Made by a program: the position numbers and the translations under genes. Positions 1 to 9,986 of a stretch of 64,000 bases of DNA are shown piece by piece. This DNA comes from an uncultured Acidobacteriota bacterium (lineage in GTDB: Bacteria; Acidobacteriota; Polarisedimenticolia; Polarisedimenticolales; JAIQFR01). The stretch is from contig CALMJU010000044.1 in NCBI GenBank assembly GCA_937864465.1, positions 935 to 64,934 on the forward strand. The letters run 5' to 3'. The notes beneath the pieces were generated by a model. That model was not told the DNA's origin. It saw only the letters and a program-made list of their open reading frames with translations, and searched no databases. Each line of letters opens with the position of its first letter. The stretch's first letter is position 1.

Positions 1-311
1 ACCGTCCCCACCGCGGCGACGACGGACGGGAGCCGCGCCGAGAGGGACGTCACCGCGCCCCACGGGAGCGAGAGCAGCGCGATCAGCCAGAAGAAGAGCG
101 GCGGCTTGTCGGTCGTGACCTCGCCGCCGACGTGGGGAACGATCCAGCGGCCGTCGGCGACCATCTCGCGCGCGCCCTCGCCGAAGTACGGCTCGTCCGG
201 CGCCCACAGGTCGTAGCCCCACACGTTCCAGACGGCGAGGATCGCCGCGAGGAGCAGAACCGCCGCCTCCGCCCTCGCGGCACGGCCTTCCCCAGCGCGG
301 GGCCCGGCCAC
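1..311 (-). CDS. GT39 / ArnT-PMT-like membrane glycosyltransferase, N-terminal fragment (continues past the window start)
   Basis: Absent from the ORF track because it runs off the window edge. The minus frame reads (V)AGPRAGEGRAARAEAAVLLLAAILAVWNVWGYDLWAPDEPYFGEGAREMVADGRWIVPHVGGEVTTDKPPLFFWLIALLSLPWG. This matches the N-terminal DE.Y..AREM...PH..G....KPPLFYWL signature of family-39 glycosyltransferases. The GTG at 309-311 lies 2 nt after the TGA of the upstream gene. Confidence 0.6.
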   Translation of the reverse strand, partial: MAGPRAGEGRAARAEAAVLLLAAILAVWNVWGYDLWAPDEPYFGEGAREMVADGRWIVPHVGGEVTTDKPPLFFWLIALLSLPWGAVTSLSARLPSVVAAVGT

Positions 312-313
312 GC

Positions 314-3300
314 TCAGTAGAACCACGTCAGTCCCGTCGCGACCTCCTCGGCTCGCGATCGCTCGGGCGCTGCCGCCCGGGCCGCCTCCACGACCCGCCC
401 GACGGCCTCGATCCCTCGGGGGACGCCGACCGGAGCGAACTCCGCGACGCCGACCGCCGCGAGGTCGCCCTCCGCCAGGAGGGAAGAGGGCAGATCCTCG
501 CGAACCGGCCCGGCCATCGGGAACACGGCGAGGAGCTTCCCCTTCATCCGGCGATCGCGAGCGAGAGCCCGAAGGCGCGCGCCCAGAATCCCCGGTGCCT
601 CGCCGCTCACGAGGACGACGAGGTCCGGGACCCCGTCCGCCGGCAGGCTCGGGGCGGGAGCGACTCCCGGGCAGGCGCGGGCCACGGCGTCCCGCATCGG
701 AGCCGACGGGCCGGGAAACGCGTCTTCGGGAAGCAGGAGCAGCGGCGACCCGGAAGCGGCGGGGGCGCTCTCCCACCTTCCCGGGGACAGGCGCGCGTCG
801 GTGGAGACGACGACGGCCGGGGCCGCTCCGGGCGACGGCGCCCCGGCCGACCACCATCGGCCGATCGCGGCTGCGATCCGGACGGCGTTCTCCTCCCCCG
901 GGACCGGCGTCCTCGGGCCGACCCAGGGGGGCGCCGCCGCCCCGGGAGGCATCGCCACCATGAGCGATCGGGCCCCTCCGAGCACCTTTTCCGGAGGGGT
1001 GAGCCCCTGCAGCGGCTTGCCCGCGGAGAGATCGAGATCCGGCCCGAGAAGGAGGCGCTGCAAGAGCGCCCGGGGAAACCCGGCTTCGAGCGCGGCCCTG
1101 CCCGGCAGGCGGAGCCGGAGGCCGATGACGGGCGGATCCGCCCCGGGATCCTGCTCGGGCGAGGAGCCCTGCGGGCCCATCACCTCGATCATCGCGATGC
1201 CTTCGGGCAGCCGGTCGGCGGCGGCTTCCTCGACCGGCGGGCGGTCCTGGACCGCCGCGGGCGGCGCCCCGCCCGGCGCCTCCGCCAGCGGCAGGGCATC
1301 GAGACCGTCGGGCCGGCGCTCCATGGCGTAGCGGAGGAAGCGGAGACCCTCGACGCGCTCGAACGCCCGGGCGCGTCCGTCGGCGTCGAGGATCGAGCGC
1401 CGGCTCCTCACCTCGGTTCCGTCCGGATCCTGCACGACCAGCACCCAGGCCCCTCCCTCGGACGAGCCCTTCCAGGATCCCCTGCGGATCCATCCCCACG
1501 CGAACTCGCGGGCGGGCGAACGCCGCGAGGCGCCGACGCCGTGGTCCGGCATCTCGAACGACGGCGGCGCCTCGGGGACCCCGGCGGCGTCGCCCGCGAT
1601 CGGCAGCGGGGAGGAAGCGGCCGGGGGCGCTCCGCCCGCGGGGCCCGCTCCCGGTCCCAGCCGCGCGTCGCCCGCGAGCGCCCGGTCGATCGCCTGGTCC
1701 ATGCCGAGGTCGATACCGCCGATCCCGACGCTGAAGATGCGCGGTTTCCCCTCGGCGGCCGCCCGGGCCTCGATCCGCGCCCGGTCTCCCGAGCCCAGCG
1801 CCCGGAGCACGAGGTGGTGCATGAAGAGCCGCTCGGCCCGGTAGGCGAGGAAGTCCAAGGTCTCGTCGTCGAGCGCCCCTGGATCCGCCGAGGCGACCTC
1901 GCGCGCCAGCGCCGCATGATCGGGCTGTCGAGGATCCAGCATCGCGAGCGCCCGCGCGAGCCGCCGTCTCGGCGGCAGATCCCCTCCTTCGGCGGGCCGG
2001 AGCCGCTCCAGCGCCGCCCCGACGACCGCGCGATCGAGCACGTCGACCGCGCCGCTCGCCCCGGCCGGGGGGAGGACGTTGTGGGCCAGGAGCTGCGGGA
2101 ACGTCCGGGGAGTCGGCACCGCGGGGAGCGGGGCGTCGAGGAGCGAGTCCAGATCGGGAAGTGGATGGCCCGCGGCCCCCGCCCGCCGCAGCCACGTGAA
2201 GAGCGTCAGGAGCCGAGCCGTCTCGTCGAGATCGGCGAGCTCCGAGAGGCTCCGCGCGAGGGCATCGTAGTTGGCGTTGATCCAGCCCACCGTCTCCCGC
2301 GTCCACGGCGGCTCCTCGCCGCTCGCCGCCTCGGCCGCCTCTCCGAGCCGCTCGGAGGCCGCCGCCATCCTGGCCCGCCGGAGGACCAGCACGTCCCCCT
2401 GGGCCGAAAGCGTGACGTCGACCGCATCGGGGTAGAACCAGAGGCGCGTTTGCTGGCTCATCAGCCCCTGCGTCCTCGGATCCGCCGCGAACCTCTCCAG
2501 GTGGGTCCGGAAGCCGGGAACCGCCTCGACGAGGCGCCCGCGCACGTCCCGGCCCTCCGCGACGTCGATTCCCAGGCTGAACGTCTTGAAGCGGATGTCG
2601 CTCCGGAGGCTGACGAGCCCGAGCGCCGTGTCCTGCAGCCGCCCGCCGAAGTTGACGTTCGACACGTCGGGCGCGTCGCCGCGGTCGAGGCTCATGTAGG
2701 GCTCTGCGGCGCCGCCCCGGAACACGGCTCGGTAGGCGACCGCGAAGTCGGAGAGGGTGAGGGGCCGCCCGAGGAGGGAGGGAGGCCTCCGCGCCGGGCT
2801 CCCGAGGAGACGCACCGCCCCGTCCGGGTCGAGACGCCCCCCCTCGAGGGAGAGGCCCCGGTCGAGGAACGCCTGCCACGCCGCGAGGTCGAGGGGCCGC
2901 GTGCCCGGCCACGCGGAGGTGTCGTCGACGCGCACCCGGTGAGCGCCGAACCCGAGCCGGAAGCGCGTGGACTCCGGACGGTGGACGTAGGCGTGAACCT
3001 CGACCTGGACGACGGGACGCTCCGAGGGTGCGCCCCCGCTCCTCGCCAGCCGCAGCCTTTCCGAAGCGATGACGTGACGGAGCACCGGCCACGCCGCTTC
3101 CCACGCCGCCCGCGCGGCCTCTCCCGCGGAGGCTTCCCGCTCCCCGGGGCGGCCGCCGTCCCAGGGCAGGAACACGCGCATCTTCCCGGCACCATCGCTC
3201 TCGACGACGTACCGCCGCGCGCGGAGGAGCTCCGCCCACGCCGGCTGCGCCTCGCCCGGCCGCCACAGCCCCCCGACCTCCACCATCGGGGGGTTCGGAG

Positions 3301-3658
3301 CCGCCTCGAGCGCGTCGAGCGCGTCGGGGAGCACGAAGGCGTACGGCTCGAGGAGCGGGTCGAGCAGCCGGTGGACGGCCGCGTCGCCGGGTCGCTCTCC
3401 GGGGGGCGGGAACGATCTCCCCTCGAGGCGGGCGAGAAGCGACCCGATCGTCTGGCCGGAATGGCTGACGCGGCGGAGATCGACGAGGGGGCCGTAGCGC
3501 ACGTCGACCCATCCGGTCGCGGTGGGCGCCGCGAAGCCGGAGCCCGCCGGTTCGACCGCGGCGCCGAAGCCTCCGCCCGCCGCGACCGTCGCCAGAAGAA
3601 CGAGGCCGGCGACGCCGCATCCGAGCGCCGACCCGACGAACCCGAATCTCGACCGCAT
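314..3658 (-). CDS. large (1114 aa) secreted or membrane-anchored hypothetical protein with no recognisable domain
   Basis: ORF 314..3745. I trimmed it to the internal ATG at 3658, where the signal-peptide-like [29 protein letters not shown] begins. GC3-rich codon pattern and normal amino-acid composition (D/E/L/A). No motif that I recognise. Confidence 0.7.
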   Translation of the reverse strand: MRSRFGFVGSALGCGVAGLVLLATVAAGGGFGAAVEPAGSGFAAPTATGWVDVRYGPLVDLRRVSHSGQTIGSLLARLEGRSFPPPGERPGDAAVHRLLDPLLEPYAFVLPDALDALEAAPNPPMVEVGGLWRPGEAQPAWAELLRARRYVVESDGAGKMRVFLPWDGGRPGEREASAGEAARAAWEAAWPVLRHVIASERLRLARSGGAPSERPVVQVEVHAYVHRPESTRFRLGFGAHRVRVDDTSAWPGTRPLDLAAWQAFLDRGLSLEGGRLDPDGAVRLLGSPARRPPSLLGRPLTLSDFAVAYRAVFRGGAAEPYMSLDRGDAPDVSNVNFGGRLQDTALGLVSLRSDIRFKTFSLGIDVAEGRDVRGRLVEAVPGFRTHLERFAADPRTQGLMSQQTRLWFYPDAVDVTLSAQGDVLVLRRARMAAASERLGEAAEAASGEEPPWTRETVGWINANYDALARSLSELADLDETARLLTLFTWLRRAGAAGHPLPDLDSLLDAPLPAVPTPRTFPQLLAHNVLPPAGASGAVDVLDRAVVGAALERLRPAEGGDLPPRRRLARALAMLDPRQPDHAALAREVASADPGALDDETLDFLAYRAERLFMHHLVLRALGSGDRARIEARAAAEGKPRIFSVGIGGIDLGMDQAIDRALAGDARLGPGAGPAGGAPPAASSPLPIAGDAAGVPEAPPSFEMPDHGVGASRRSPAREFAWGWIRRGSWKGSSEGGAWVLVVQDPDGTEVRSRRSILDADGRARAFERVEGLRFLRYAMERRPDGLDALPLAEAPGGAPPAAVQDRPPVEEAAADRLPEGIAMIEVMGPQGSSPEQDPGADPPVIGLRLRLPGRAALEAGFPRALLQRLLLGPDLDLSAGKPLQGLTPPEKVLGGARSLMVAMPPGAAAPPWVGPRTPVPGEENAVRIAAAIGRWWSAGAPSPGAAPAVVVSTDARLSPGRWESAPAASGSPLLLLPEDAFPGPSAPMRDAVARACPGVAPAPSLPADGVPDLVVLVSGEAPGILGARLRALARDRRMKGKLLAVFPMAGPVREDLPSSLLAEGDLAAVGVAEFAPVGVPRGIEAVGRVVEAARAAAPERSRAEEVATGLTWFY

Positions 3659-3816
3659 GTCGCTCTCCGCCGCCGTCCGCGGTTCCGGCGCCTCCGGCTC
3701 CGCGCGGCCTCTCCAGTCTAGCGCCCCGAGCGCGGCACCCTGCAAGGATCCGGCGCCATCCTCGCCTTTGCGAAATCTGGACTATCGTGGTACTCTTTCT
3801 GCCGGAGGACTTCTTC

Positions 3817-4317
3817 ATGATCCGGATCACGAGACAGACCGACTACGGGATCGTCCTCCTGGCCTATCTCGCCGGCTGCCCCCCGGAACGCATCCTCACG
3901 GCCCGCGACGCCGCCCGCGAGTGCCGGCTACCGGTTCCGATGGTCAGCAAGATCCTGAAGACGCTCGCGAGGGAGGGGATCCTCCGCTCGCATCGAGGCG
4001 TCAAGGGAGGGTACGGCCTCGCGAGGAATCCGAGGGAGGTCACCATCGGGAGCGTGATCGGAGCGCTCGAGGGGCCGATCGGCATGACGGCCTGCTCGAC
4101 CCGCCCAGGCAGCTGCGAACAGGAGCCGCTCTGCCCGGTCCGCATCAACTGGCAGAAGATCAGCCGGGCCGTCCGGGGCACTCTCGAAAGGATCCCCCTG
4201 TCGGAGATGGTCGGGGCGCCTTGCCCGTCGGTCGCGGGCGCTCCCCCGCCCTCGGATCCGTCCTCCGGCGCCGCGCGCGGCCCGGCGGGCCCCCGGGCGG
4301 TCGCGGGAAAGCCATGA
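3817..4317 (+). CDS. Rrf2-family transcriptional regulator (IscR/NsrR-like), probable suf operon regulator
   Basis: [19 protein letters not shown]...[28 protein letters not shown] is a typical Rrf2 wHTH. A Cys cluster (C..C.....C: [18 protein letters not shown]) could ligate Fe-S. GGAGGA lies 7 nt before the ATG at 3817. The stop overlaps the sufB ATG (ATGA). Confidence 0.85.
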   Translation: MIRITRQTDYGIVLLAYLAGCPPERILTARDAARECRLPVPMVSKILKTLAREGILRSHRGVKGGYGLARNPREVTIGSVIGALEGPIGMTACSTRPGSCEQEPLCPVRINWQKISRAVRGTLERIPLSEMVGAPCPSVAGAPPPSDPSSGAARGPAGPRAVAGKP

Positions 4318-5759
4318 AGCCCGACGCGACGCCGCTCGACGATCTCGCGAACCGCGAGTACAAGTACGGCTTCGTCACGCCGATCGAATCCGAGACCTTC
4401 CCGCCCGGGCTCGACGAGGAGGTCGTCCGCGGCATCTCGGCGAGGAAGGGCGAGCCGGAGTGGATGCTCGACTGGCGGCTCCGCGCGTTCCGCCACTGGT
4501 CGGGGATGCGGGAGCCTCGCTGGGCGAACCTGAAGTTCCCGCGCATCGACTACGGAGCGATCATCTACTTCGCCGCCCCGCGGACGAGGAGCCGACCCGG
4601 GAGCCTGGACGAGGTCGACCCCGAGCTGCGCAGGACGTACGAGAAGCTCGGCATCCCTCTTCGCGAGCAGGAGGCCCTGGCGGGAGTCGCCGTGGACGCC
4701 GTCTTCGACAGCGTCTCGGTCGCGACGACGTTCCAGGACAAGCTGTCGGAGCTCGGGATCGTCTTCTGCTCCTTCTCCCGGGCGGTCCGGGAGCACCCGG
4801 AGCTCGTCCGGAGGTATCTCGGCTCCGTCGTTCCGCCCACGGACAACTTCTTCGCCGCCCTCAACTCCGCCGTCTTCAGCGACGGCTCGTTCTGCTTCGT
4901 GCCCCGGGGCGTCCGCTGCCCGATGGAGCTGTCCACCTACTTCCGCATCAACGCCGCGAACACCGGCCAGTTCGAGCGGACGCTGATCGTCGTGGAGGAA
5001 GGCGCTCACGTCAGCTACCTCGAGGGGTGCACCGCGCCGATCCGGGACGAGAACCAGCTCCATGCGGCCGTGGTCGAGCTCGTCGCCCTCGACGACGCGA
5101 GCATCCGGTACTCGACGGTGCAGAACTGGTACCCGGGGGACCGGGAGGGCCGCGGGGGGATCTACAACTTCGTGACGAAGCGCGGGAAGTGCGCGGGGCG
5201 CCGATCGAAGATCTCCTGGACGCAGGTGGAGACCGGATCGGCGATCACCTGGAAGTACCCGAGCTGCATCCTGCTCGGGGACGAGTCGGTCGGCGAGTTC
5301 CACTCGGTCGCGCTGACCGCGAACCGGCAGCAGGCCGACACGGGGACGAAGATGATCCACGTCGGCCGGAACACCCGGAGCACGATCGTGTCCAAGGGGA
5401 TCTCCGCGGGGCTGGGACAGAACACGTACCGCGGCGCAGTGAAGGTCCTCCGGGGCGCCGCGGGAGCGCGGAACCATTCCCGTTGCGACTCGATGCTGAT
5501 CGGCGACCGCTGCGGGGCCCACACCTTCCCGTACATCGACGTCGCCAACGCGACGTCGACGGTGGAGCACGAGGCCTCGGTCTCCAAGATCGGCGAGGAC
5601 CAGATCTTCTACTGCAGGCAGCGCGGGATCTCGCCGGAGGATGCGGTCTCGATGATCGTCCACGGCTTCTGCACGGAGGTCTTCCGCGAGCTTCCGATGG
5701 AGTTCGCCGTCGAGGCGCAGAAGCTCCTCCAGGTCAGCCTGGAGGGATCGGTCGGCTGA
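4314..5759 (+). CDS. sufB: Fe-S cluster assembly protein SufB
   Basis: [27 protein letters not shown]...VQNWYPGD...[11 protein letters not shown]...[12 protein letters not shown]...[22 protein letters not shown], the canonical SufB sequence. It is the inner start within ORF 3522..5759. Confidence 0.95.
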   Translation: MKPDATPLDDLANREYKYGFVTPIESETFPPGLDEEVVRGISARKGEPEWMLDWRLRAFRHWSGMREPRWANLKFPRIDYGAIIYFAAPRTRSRPGSLDEVDPELRRTYEKLGIPLREQEALAGVAVDAVFDSVSVATTFQDKLSELGIVFCSFSRAVREHPELVRRYLGSVVPPTDNFFAALNSAVFSDGSFCFVPRGVRCPMELSTYFRINAANTGQFERTLIVVEEGAHVSYLEGCTAPIRDENQLHAAVVELVALDDASIRYSTVQNWYPGDREGRGGIYNFVTKRGKCAGRRSKISWTQVETGSAITWKYPSCILLGDESVGEFHSVALTANRQQADTGTKMIHVGRNTRSTIVSKGISAGLGQNTYRGAVKVLRGAAGARNHSRCDSMLIGDRCGAHTFPYIDVANATSTVEHEASVSKIGEDQIFYCRQRGISPEDAVSMIVHGFCTEVFRELPMEFAVEAQKLLQVSLEGSVG

Positions 5760-5780
5760 GCGACGGGAGAGGAATCGTCC

Positions 5781-6551
5781 ATGCTCGAGATCCGCAATCT
5801 TCACGCGAGCGTCCAGGGGAACGAGATCCTGCGGGGTCTCGATCTCGCCGTCGGGGCGGGGGAAGTGCACGCCATCATGGGCCCGAACGGCTCGGGCAAG
5901 AGCACCCTCGCGGGAGTGCTGGCGGGGCGCGACTCGTACGAGATCCGCGCGGGGTCGGTGTCGTACCTCGGCCGCGACCTCCTCGCGATGGCGCCCGAGG
6001 AGAGGGCGAGGGAAGGGGTCTTCCTCGCGTTCCAGTATCCGGTCGAGATCCCCGGGGTGCGCAACGTCCACTTCCTGAAGGCGGCGCTGAACGCGATCCG
6101 GAAGCACCGGGGCCTCGAGGAGCTCGACGCGCTCGACTTCCTCTCGCTCCTCCGGGAGAAGATGAAGGTCGTCGAGATGGACGAGGCGCTCCTCCAGCGG
6201 CCGGTCAACGAGGGCTTCTCCGGAGGCGAGAAGAAGCGGAACGAGATCCTCCAGATGGCCGTCCTGGACCCCAGGCTCGCGATCCTCGACGAGACGGACT
6301 CGGGCCTCGACATCGACGCGCTCCGGGTCGTGGCCTCCGGCGTCAACGCGCTCCGCGCGCCGGATCGCTCGATTCTCGTCGTCACCCACTACCAGCGGTT
6401 GCTCGACTACATCGTCCCGGATCGCGTCCACGTGCTGCTCGACGGCCGCATCGTCCGGTCGGGCGGCCGGGAGCTCGCGCTCGAGCTCGAGGCCAGAGGA
6501 TACGGATGGATCGAGGGCCCCTCCGGCGCGAAGCCGCCGGCGGGGCATTGA
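5781..6551 (+). CDS. sufC: Fe-S cluster assembly ATPase SufC
   Basis: Walker A GPNGSGKST, ABC signature FSGGEKKRNEILQ, Walker B AILDETDSGLD. Located directly after sufB. Confidence 0.95.
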   Translation: MLEIRNLHASVQGNEILRGLDLAVGAGEVHAIMGPNGSGKSTLAGVLAGRDSYEIRAGSVSYLGRDLLAMAPEERAREGVFLAFQYPVEIPGVRNVHFLKAALNAIRKHRGLEELDALDFLSLLREKMKVVEMDEALLQRPVNEGFSGGEKKRNEILQMAVLDPRLAILDETDSGLDIDALRVVASGVNALRAPDRSILVVTHYQRLLDYIVPDRVHVLLDGRIVRSGGRELALELEARGYGWIEGPSGAKPPAGH

Positions 6552-6564
6552 GCGGGAGGCGCCG

Positions 6565-7902
6565 ATGACCGGGGCCGCCGCCGGAACCGAGACGTACCGG
6601 AGCGACTTCGCGCGGGCCGAGCGGGACGTCCTGCCCACGCTCCCCGCGTGGATCGCGGCGCTCCGGCGAGAGAACTGGGAGCGCTTCGAGACGCTCGGAT
6701 TCCCGGAGGCAAGCGACGAGGACTGGAGAGGAACGCCGGTCGCGAGGATCGCGCGCGCGCCGTTCCGCGCCGCCGGTCCCGCCGGACCGGCGAAGGCCTC
6801 GGCGCTCGCCGGCAATCCGCTCGCCGATCTCGGAGCGACCCGCCTCGTCTTCGCCAATGGGCGATTCGTCCCCTCGCTCTCGTCGCCCGCGAACGGGGGA
6901 GGGGTCTTCGCGGGGCCCCTCGGAGAGGCGCTCGCCTCCCGGGGCGAAGCCGTCGAGGAGAGGCTCGGGAGGATCGCCCCTCGCGCGGACCGCGCGTTCG
7001 CCGCTCTCAACGCCGCCCTCGCGGACGACGTTGCGGTGGTGGTCTTCGAGGCCGGGGCGCGCCCCGAGGCTCCGGTCCACGTCGTCCACCTGGCCCTTCC
7101 CGACGGGGAATCCGGCGCGACCTACCCCAGGACGCTCATCGTCGCAGCGCCGGGGAGCCGCGCGAGCGTGATCGAGACGTACCTCGGGGATGCCGCGGCG
7201 CTCCATCTCACGTGCGCGGCGACCGAGGTCGACGTCGCCGAGGACGCCTCGGTGGAGCACGCCCGCGTCCAGGCCGAGGCGCCGGCGGCGCTCCACCTGG
7301 GCACGGTCGACGCGCGTCTCGGGCGGGGGGCCGGGCTCGTCTCCCACAACGTGTCGCTCGGATCCGCTCTCGCGCGCGTCGAGCTCGGCGCGGTGCTGGG
7401 CGGCGAGGGCTCGGACTGCTCGCTGAACGGCCTGTACCTGGCGGACGCCTCGCGCCACGTGGACCAGCGCACGACGGTCGAGCACGCGGTTCCGCGCTCG
7501 GTGAGCCGGCAGACCTACCGCGGGATCCTGGGAGGCGAGGCCCGGGCGGTGTTCCGAGGCCGGATCCGGGTCGCTCCCGGCGCGCAGAGGACCGACGCGT
7601 TCCAGTCGAATCACAATCTCCTGCTGTCCGACGGCGCGCTCGTGTCCTCGAGGCCCCAGCTCGAAATCTACGCCGACGACGTCCGCTGCACGCACGGCGC
7701 GACCGTCGGGCAGCTCGACGCGGACGCCCTGTTCTACCTCCGGTCCCGGGGCATCGGCGCCGGGGAGGCCAGGAGGCTGCTGACCGAGGCGTTCGGCGGA
7801 GAGATCGTGCGCCGGATCGGCTTCGTCCCTCTCCGGGAACGGCTCGCCGCGGAGGCGTCGGCGCGCAGCGCCGCGGCCGCGGGCGATGGAGGTGCGCGAT
7901 GA
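6565..7902 (+). CDS. sufD: Fe-S cluster assembly protein SufD
   Basis: Position between sufC and sufS. The C-terminal beta-helix segment ...RQTYRGILGGEARAVFRGRIRVAPGAQRTDAFQSNHNLLLSD...PQLEIYADDVRCTHGATVGQLD is typical of SufD. Confidence 0.9.
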   Translation: MTGAAAGTETYRSDFARAERDVLPTLPAWIAALRRENWERFETLGFPEASDEDWRGTPVARIARAPFRAAGPAGPAKASALAGNPLADLGATRLVFANGRFVPSLSSPANGGGVFAGPLGEALASRGEAVEERLGRIAPRADRAFAALNAALADDVAVVVFEAGARPEAPVHVVHLALPDGESGATYPRTLIVAAPGSRASVIETYLGDAAALHLTCAATEVDVAEDASVEHARVQAEAPAALHLGTVDARLGRGAGLVSHNVSLGSALARVELGAVLGGEGSDCSLNGLYLADASRHVDQRTTVEHAVPRSVSRQTYRGILGGEARAVFRGRIRVAPGAQRTDAFQSNHNLLLSDGALVSSRPQLEIYADDVRCTHGATVGQLDADALFYLRSRGIGAGEARRLLTEAFGGEIVRRIGFVPLRERLAAEASARSAAAAGDGGAR

Positions 7903-9155
7903 GCGCCGCCGACGAGTCTCTCGCGACGCGGAAGGCCCCCTTCGACGTGGCGCGGATCCGGGAGGACTTCCCGATCCTCAAGCGGCTCGTCCACGGGAAG
8001 CCGCTCGTGTACCTGGACAACTCCGCCAGCACGCAGAAGCCGCAGGCGGTCATCGACGCGATGGCCAGGTTCTACGCCGACGGCTACTCGAACGTCCACC
8101 GCGGCGTCTACCTGCTGAGCGAGGAGGCGACCCGCTCGTTCGAGGAAGCCCGGGACAAGGTGCGCGCCTTCCTGGGCGCTCGCGAGACCCGCGAGATCGT
8201 GTTCGTCCGCGGCACCACCGAGGCGATCAACCTCGTCGCCCACACCTGGGGCCGGCGTCACGTCGGCGAGGGGGACGAGGTCCTCGTGTCCGGGCTCGAG
8301 CATCATTCCAACATCGTCCCCTGGCAGCTTCTCTGCGAGGAGAAGGGGGGCCGCCTCCGCGTTCTTCCGATCGACGACCGCGGCGAGCTCATGCTCGACC
8401 GGCTCGACGAGCTGCTGACCCCGCGAACCCGGATCCTGGCGGTGGCGCACATCTCGAACGCCCTCGGGACGGTCAACCCGATCCGCCGGATCGTGGAGGC
8501 GGCCCATCGGCGCGGCGTGAAGGTCCTCGTGGACGGGGCGCAGGCGGTGGCCCACCACGCGGTGGACGTCCGCGACCTGGGCTGCGACTTCTACGCCTTC
8601 TCCGGGCACAAGGTGTACGGGCCGACCGGCGTCGGCGTGCTGTACGGGCGGGCCGAGCTCCTCGAGGCGATGCCTCCCTACCAGGGAGGAGGGGACATGA
8701 TCCGGAGCGTCTCCTTCGAGAAGACGACGTTCGGGGAGATCCCCCACAAGTTCGAGGCCGGGACCCCCGACATAGGCGGCGCGGTCGTGCTCGGCAGGGC
8801 GATCGACTACGTCACGGCGATCGGGCTCGAGGCGATCGCCGCCCACGAGACGGACCTCCTGGCGCGCGCGACCGAGGCGATCCGGGACCTTCCCGGCGTC
8901 CGGCTGATCGGGACGGCGAGGGAGAAGGCCTCGGTGCTCTCCTTCGTAATCCAGGGCATCCATGCGCACGACATCGGGACCGTGCTCGACGCCGACGGGA
9001 TCGCCGTGCGCGCCGGGCACCTCTGCGCGCAGCCGGTGATGGAGAGGTTCGGGATCCCCGCCACGGTGCGGGCCTCCTTCGGAATGTACAATACGCGCGA
9101 GGAGATCGAGGCCTTCGCGAGGGCGGTCCGCAAGGTTCTCGAGATGTTTCGCTGA
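7899..9155 (+). CDS. sufS: cysteine desulfurase SufS (class II aminotransferase V)
   Basis: FPIL...VYLDNSASTQKP...; PLP-lysine motif FSGHKVYGPTGVGVLYG; active-site region RAGHLCAQP. ATGA overlap with the sufD stop. Confidence 0.95.
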   Translation: MSAADESLATRKAPFDVARIREDFPILKRLVHGKPLVYLDNSASTQKPQAVIDAMARFYADGYSNVHRGVYLLSEEATRSFEEARDKVRAFLGARETREIVFVRGTTEAINLVAHTWGRRHVGEGDEVLVSGLEHHSNIVPWQLLCEEKGGRLRVLPIDDRGELMLDRLDELLTPRTRILAVAHISNALGTVNPIRRIVEAAHRRGVKVLVDGAQAVAHHAVDVRDLGCDFYAFSGHKVYGPTGVGVLYGRAELLEAMPPYQGGGDMIRSVSFEKTTFGEIPHKFEAGTPDIGGAVVLGRAIDYVTAIGLEAIAAHETDLLARATEAIRDLPGVRLIGTAREKASVLSFVIQGIHAHDIGTVLDADGIAVRAGHLCAQPVMERFGIPATVRASFGMYNTREEIEAFARAVRKVLEMFR

Positions 9156-9607
9156 TGCCGGAACTCCGCGACCTGTACCAGGAGCTCGTCCTCGACCACG
9201 GGAAGCGTCCGAGGAACCGTCGGATTCCCCCCGACGCCAACCGCCGCGCCGACGGCTTCAACCCGCTCTGCGGCGACAGGATCTCGGTCTTCGTCGCGCT
9301 CCGGAACGACGTCGTCGTGGACATCGGATTCCAGGGCTCGGGATGCGCGATCTCGACCGCCTCCGCCTCCCTCATGACGGAGTCGCTCAAGGGAAAGACC
9401 GTCGCCGAGGCGGACGCCCTCTTCGGCAAGTTCCACGCGCTCGTCGCCGGCGGGGAGGGACCGGCCTCGCCGTCTCCCGAGCTCGGAAAGCTCGGCGTCT
9501 TCGCGGGCGTCCGGGAATTCCCGATGCGGGTGAAATGCGCGACGCTCCCCTGGCACACCCTGCGCTCCGCGCTCCACGGGGACGGCCGGGCCGCGCCGTC
9601 GGACTAG
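9155..9607 (+). CDS. sufU: SUF-system NifU/SufU-type Fe-S scaffold / sulfur acceptor
   Basis: LYQELVLDHGKRPRN...NPLCGDRISV...GSGCAISTASASLMTE...VKCATLPW, carrying the three conserved Cys of SufU/IscU. The start overlaps the sufS stop (TGATG). Confidence 0.85.
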   Translation: MPELRDLYQELVLDHGKRPRNRRIPPDANRRADGFNPLCGDRISVFVALRNDVVVDIGFQGSGCAISTASASLMTESLKGKTVAEADALFGKFHALVAGGEGPASPSPELGKLGVFAGVREFPMRVKCATLPWHTLRSALHGDGRAAPSD

Positions 9608-9692
9608 CTCCGCGGCAGGTGGAGGGTGCCGACCGACTCCGGTGCGCGCCGGCTCTCGCCGGGCATTGCAGCGGCCGGATGCCCCGTTTCCG

Positions 9693-9726
9693 TTGAAGAT
9701 TTCAAAAGCCAAGTTGAAGTTTTCAA
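9693..9726. promoter_or_regulatory. two 13-bp palindromes, TTGAAGATTTCAA (9693-9705) and TTGAAGTTTTCAA (9714-9726), with centres 21 bp apart; candidate operator or enhancer (UAS) pair
   Basis: Read directly from the sequence. The sites lie in an unusually AT-rich non-coding gap of about 320-380 bp (9608..9986), between the suf operon and the redox cluster. They are nested in a longer inverted repeat, CCGTTGAA...TTCAACGG. Confidence 0.35.
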
Positions 9727-9986
9727 CGGGACCACAACCAATTGCGGTTCAAGATGTTACGCCGAATTCTCGGCGATCGCCTCCTCGTCTCCCTCTCTTA
9801 TCTCAACACCCGCCCAGGAAGATCTCGATTAACTCCCCTACGCGACGGCGCGCCGGAACGTTGTATTTGTATGCCAGTGTTGGACTTTACGAGAAAACCG
9901 CAAAAAGACCATAAAGGAATCCAACGATGGCCCGGCTCTTGCCTATAGAGGGCGCGGAGACAGCAAGCAAGGAGAGGAGGCCCGTC

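Noticed and set aside
3740-3816. A promoter/operator for the Rrf2 regulator (TTGCGA-N17-TACTCT, around 3768-3796).
   Set aside because: The -10 match is weak (3/6), and I saw no palindrome resembling known IscR/NsrR sites. Too speculative to list as a feature.
3864-7010. Very long antisense ORFs opposite real genes. Examples: 3864..7010(-) 1048 aa; 11443..13197(-); 12962..15892(-); 15633..17585(-); 24778..28497(-); 41478..43580(-); 43859..47473(-); 49350..56036(-) 2228 aa. Many plus-strand out-of-frame ORFs behave the same way.
   Set aside because: Their translations are dominated by Arg/Pro/Gly/Asp/Glu with no motifs. This is typical of stop-codon-poor alternative frames in ~70% GC DNA. In every case the opposite or alternative frame encodes a protein with clear family signatures.
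9727-9926. A sigma-54 (-24 GG / -12 GC) promoter upstream of the redox cluster. I also looked in 10683..10751, 13949..14038, 17697..17845 and 20053..20138.
   Set aside because: Reading by eye I found no TGGCAC-N5-TTGC-like element with correct 12-nt GG-to-GC spacing. The near-misses were off by 1-2 nt. A matrix scan is needed before claiming either presence or absence.
9626-9948. Small ORFs (68-90 aa) in the AT-rich gap after sufU.
   Set aside because: They have no RBS, overlap each other in different frames, and have atypical composition. They are more likely non-coding regulatory DNA (see the palindrome finding).
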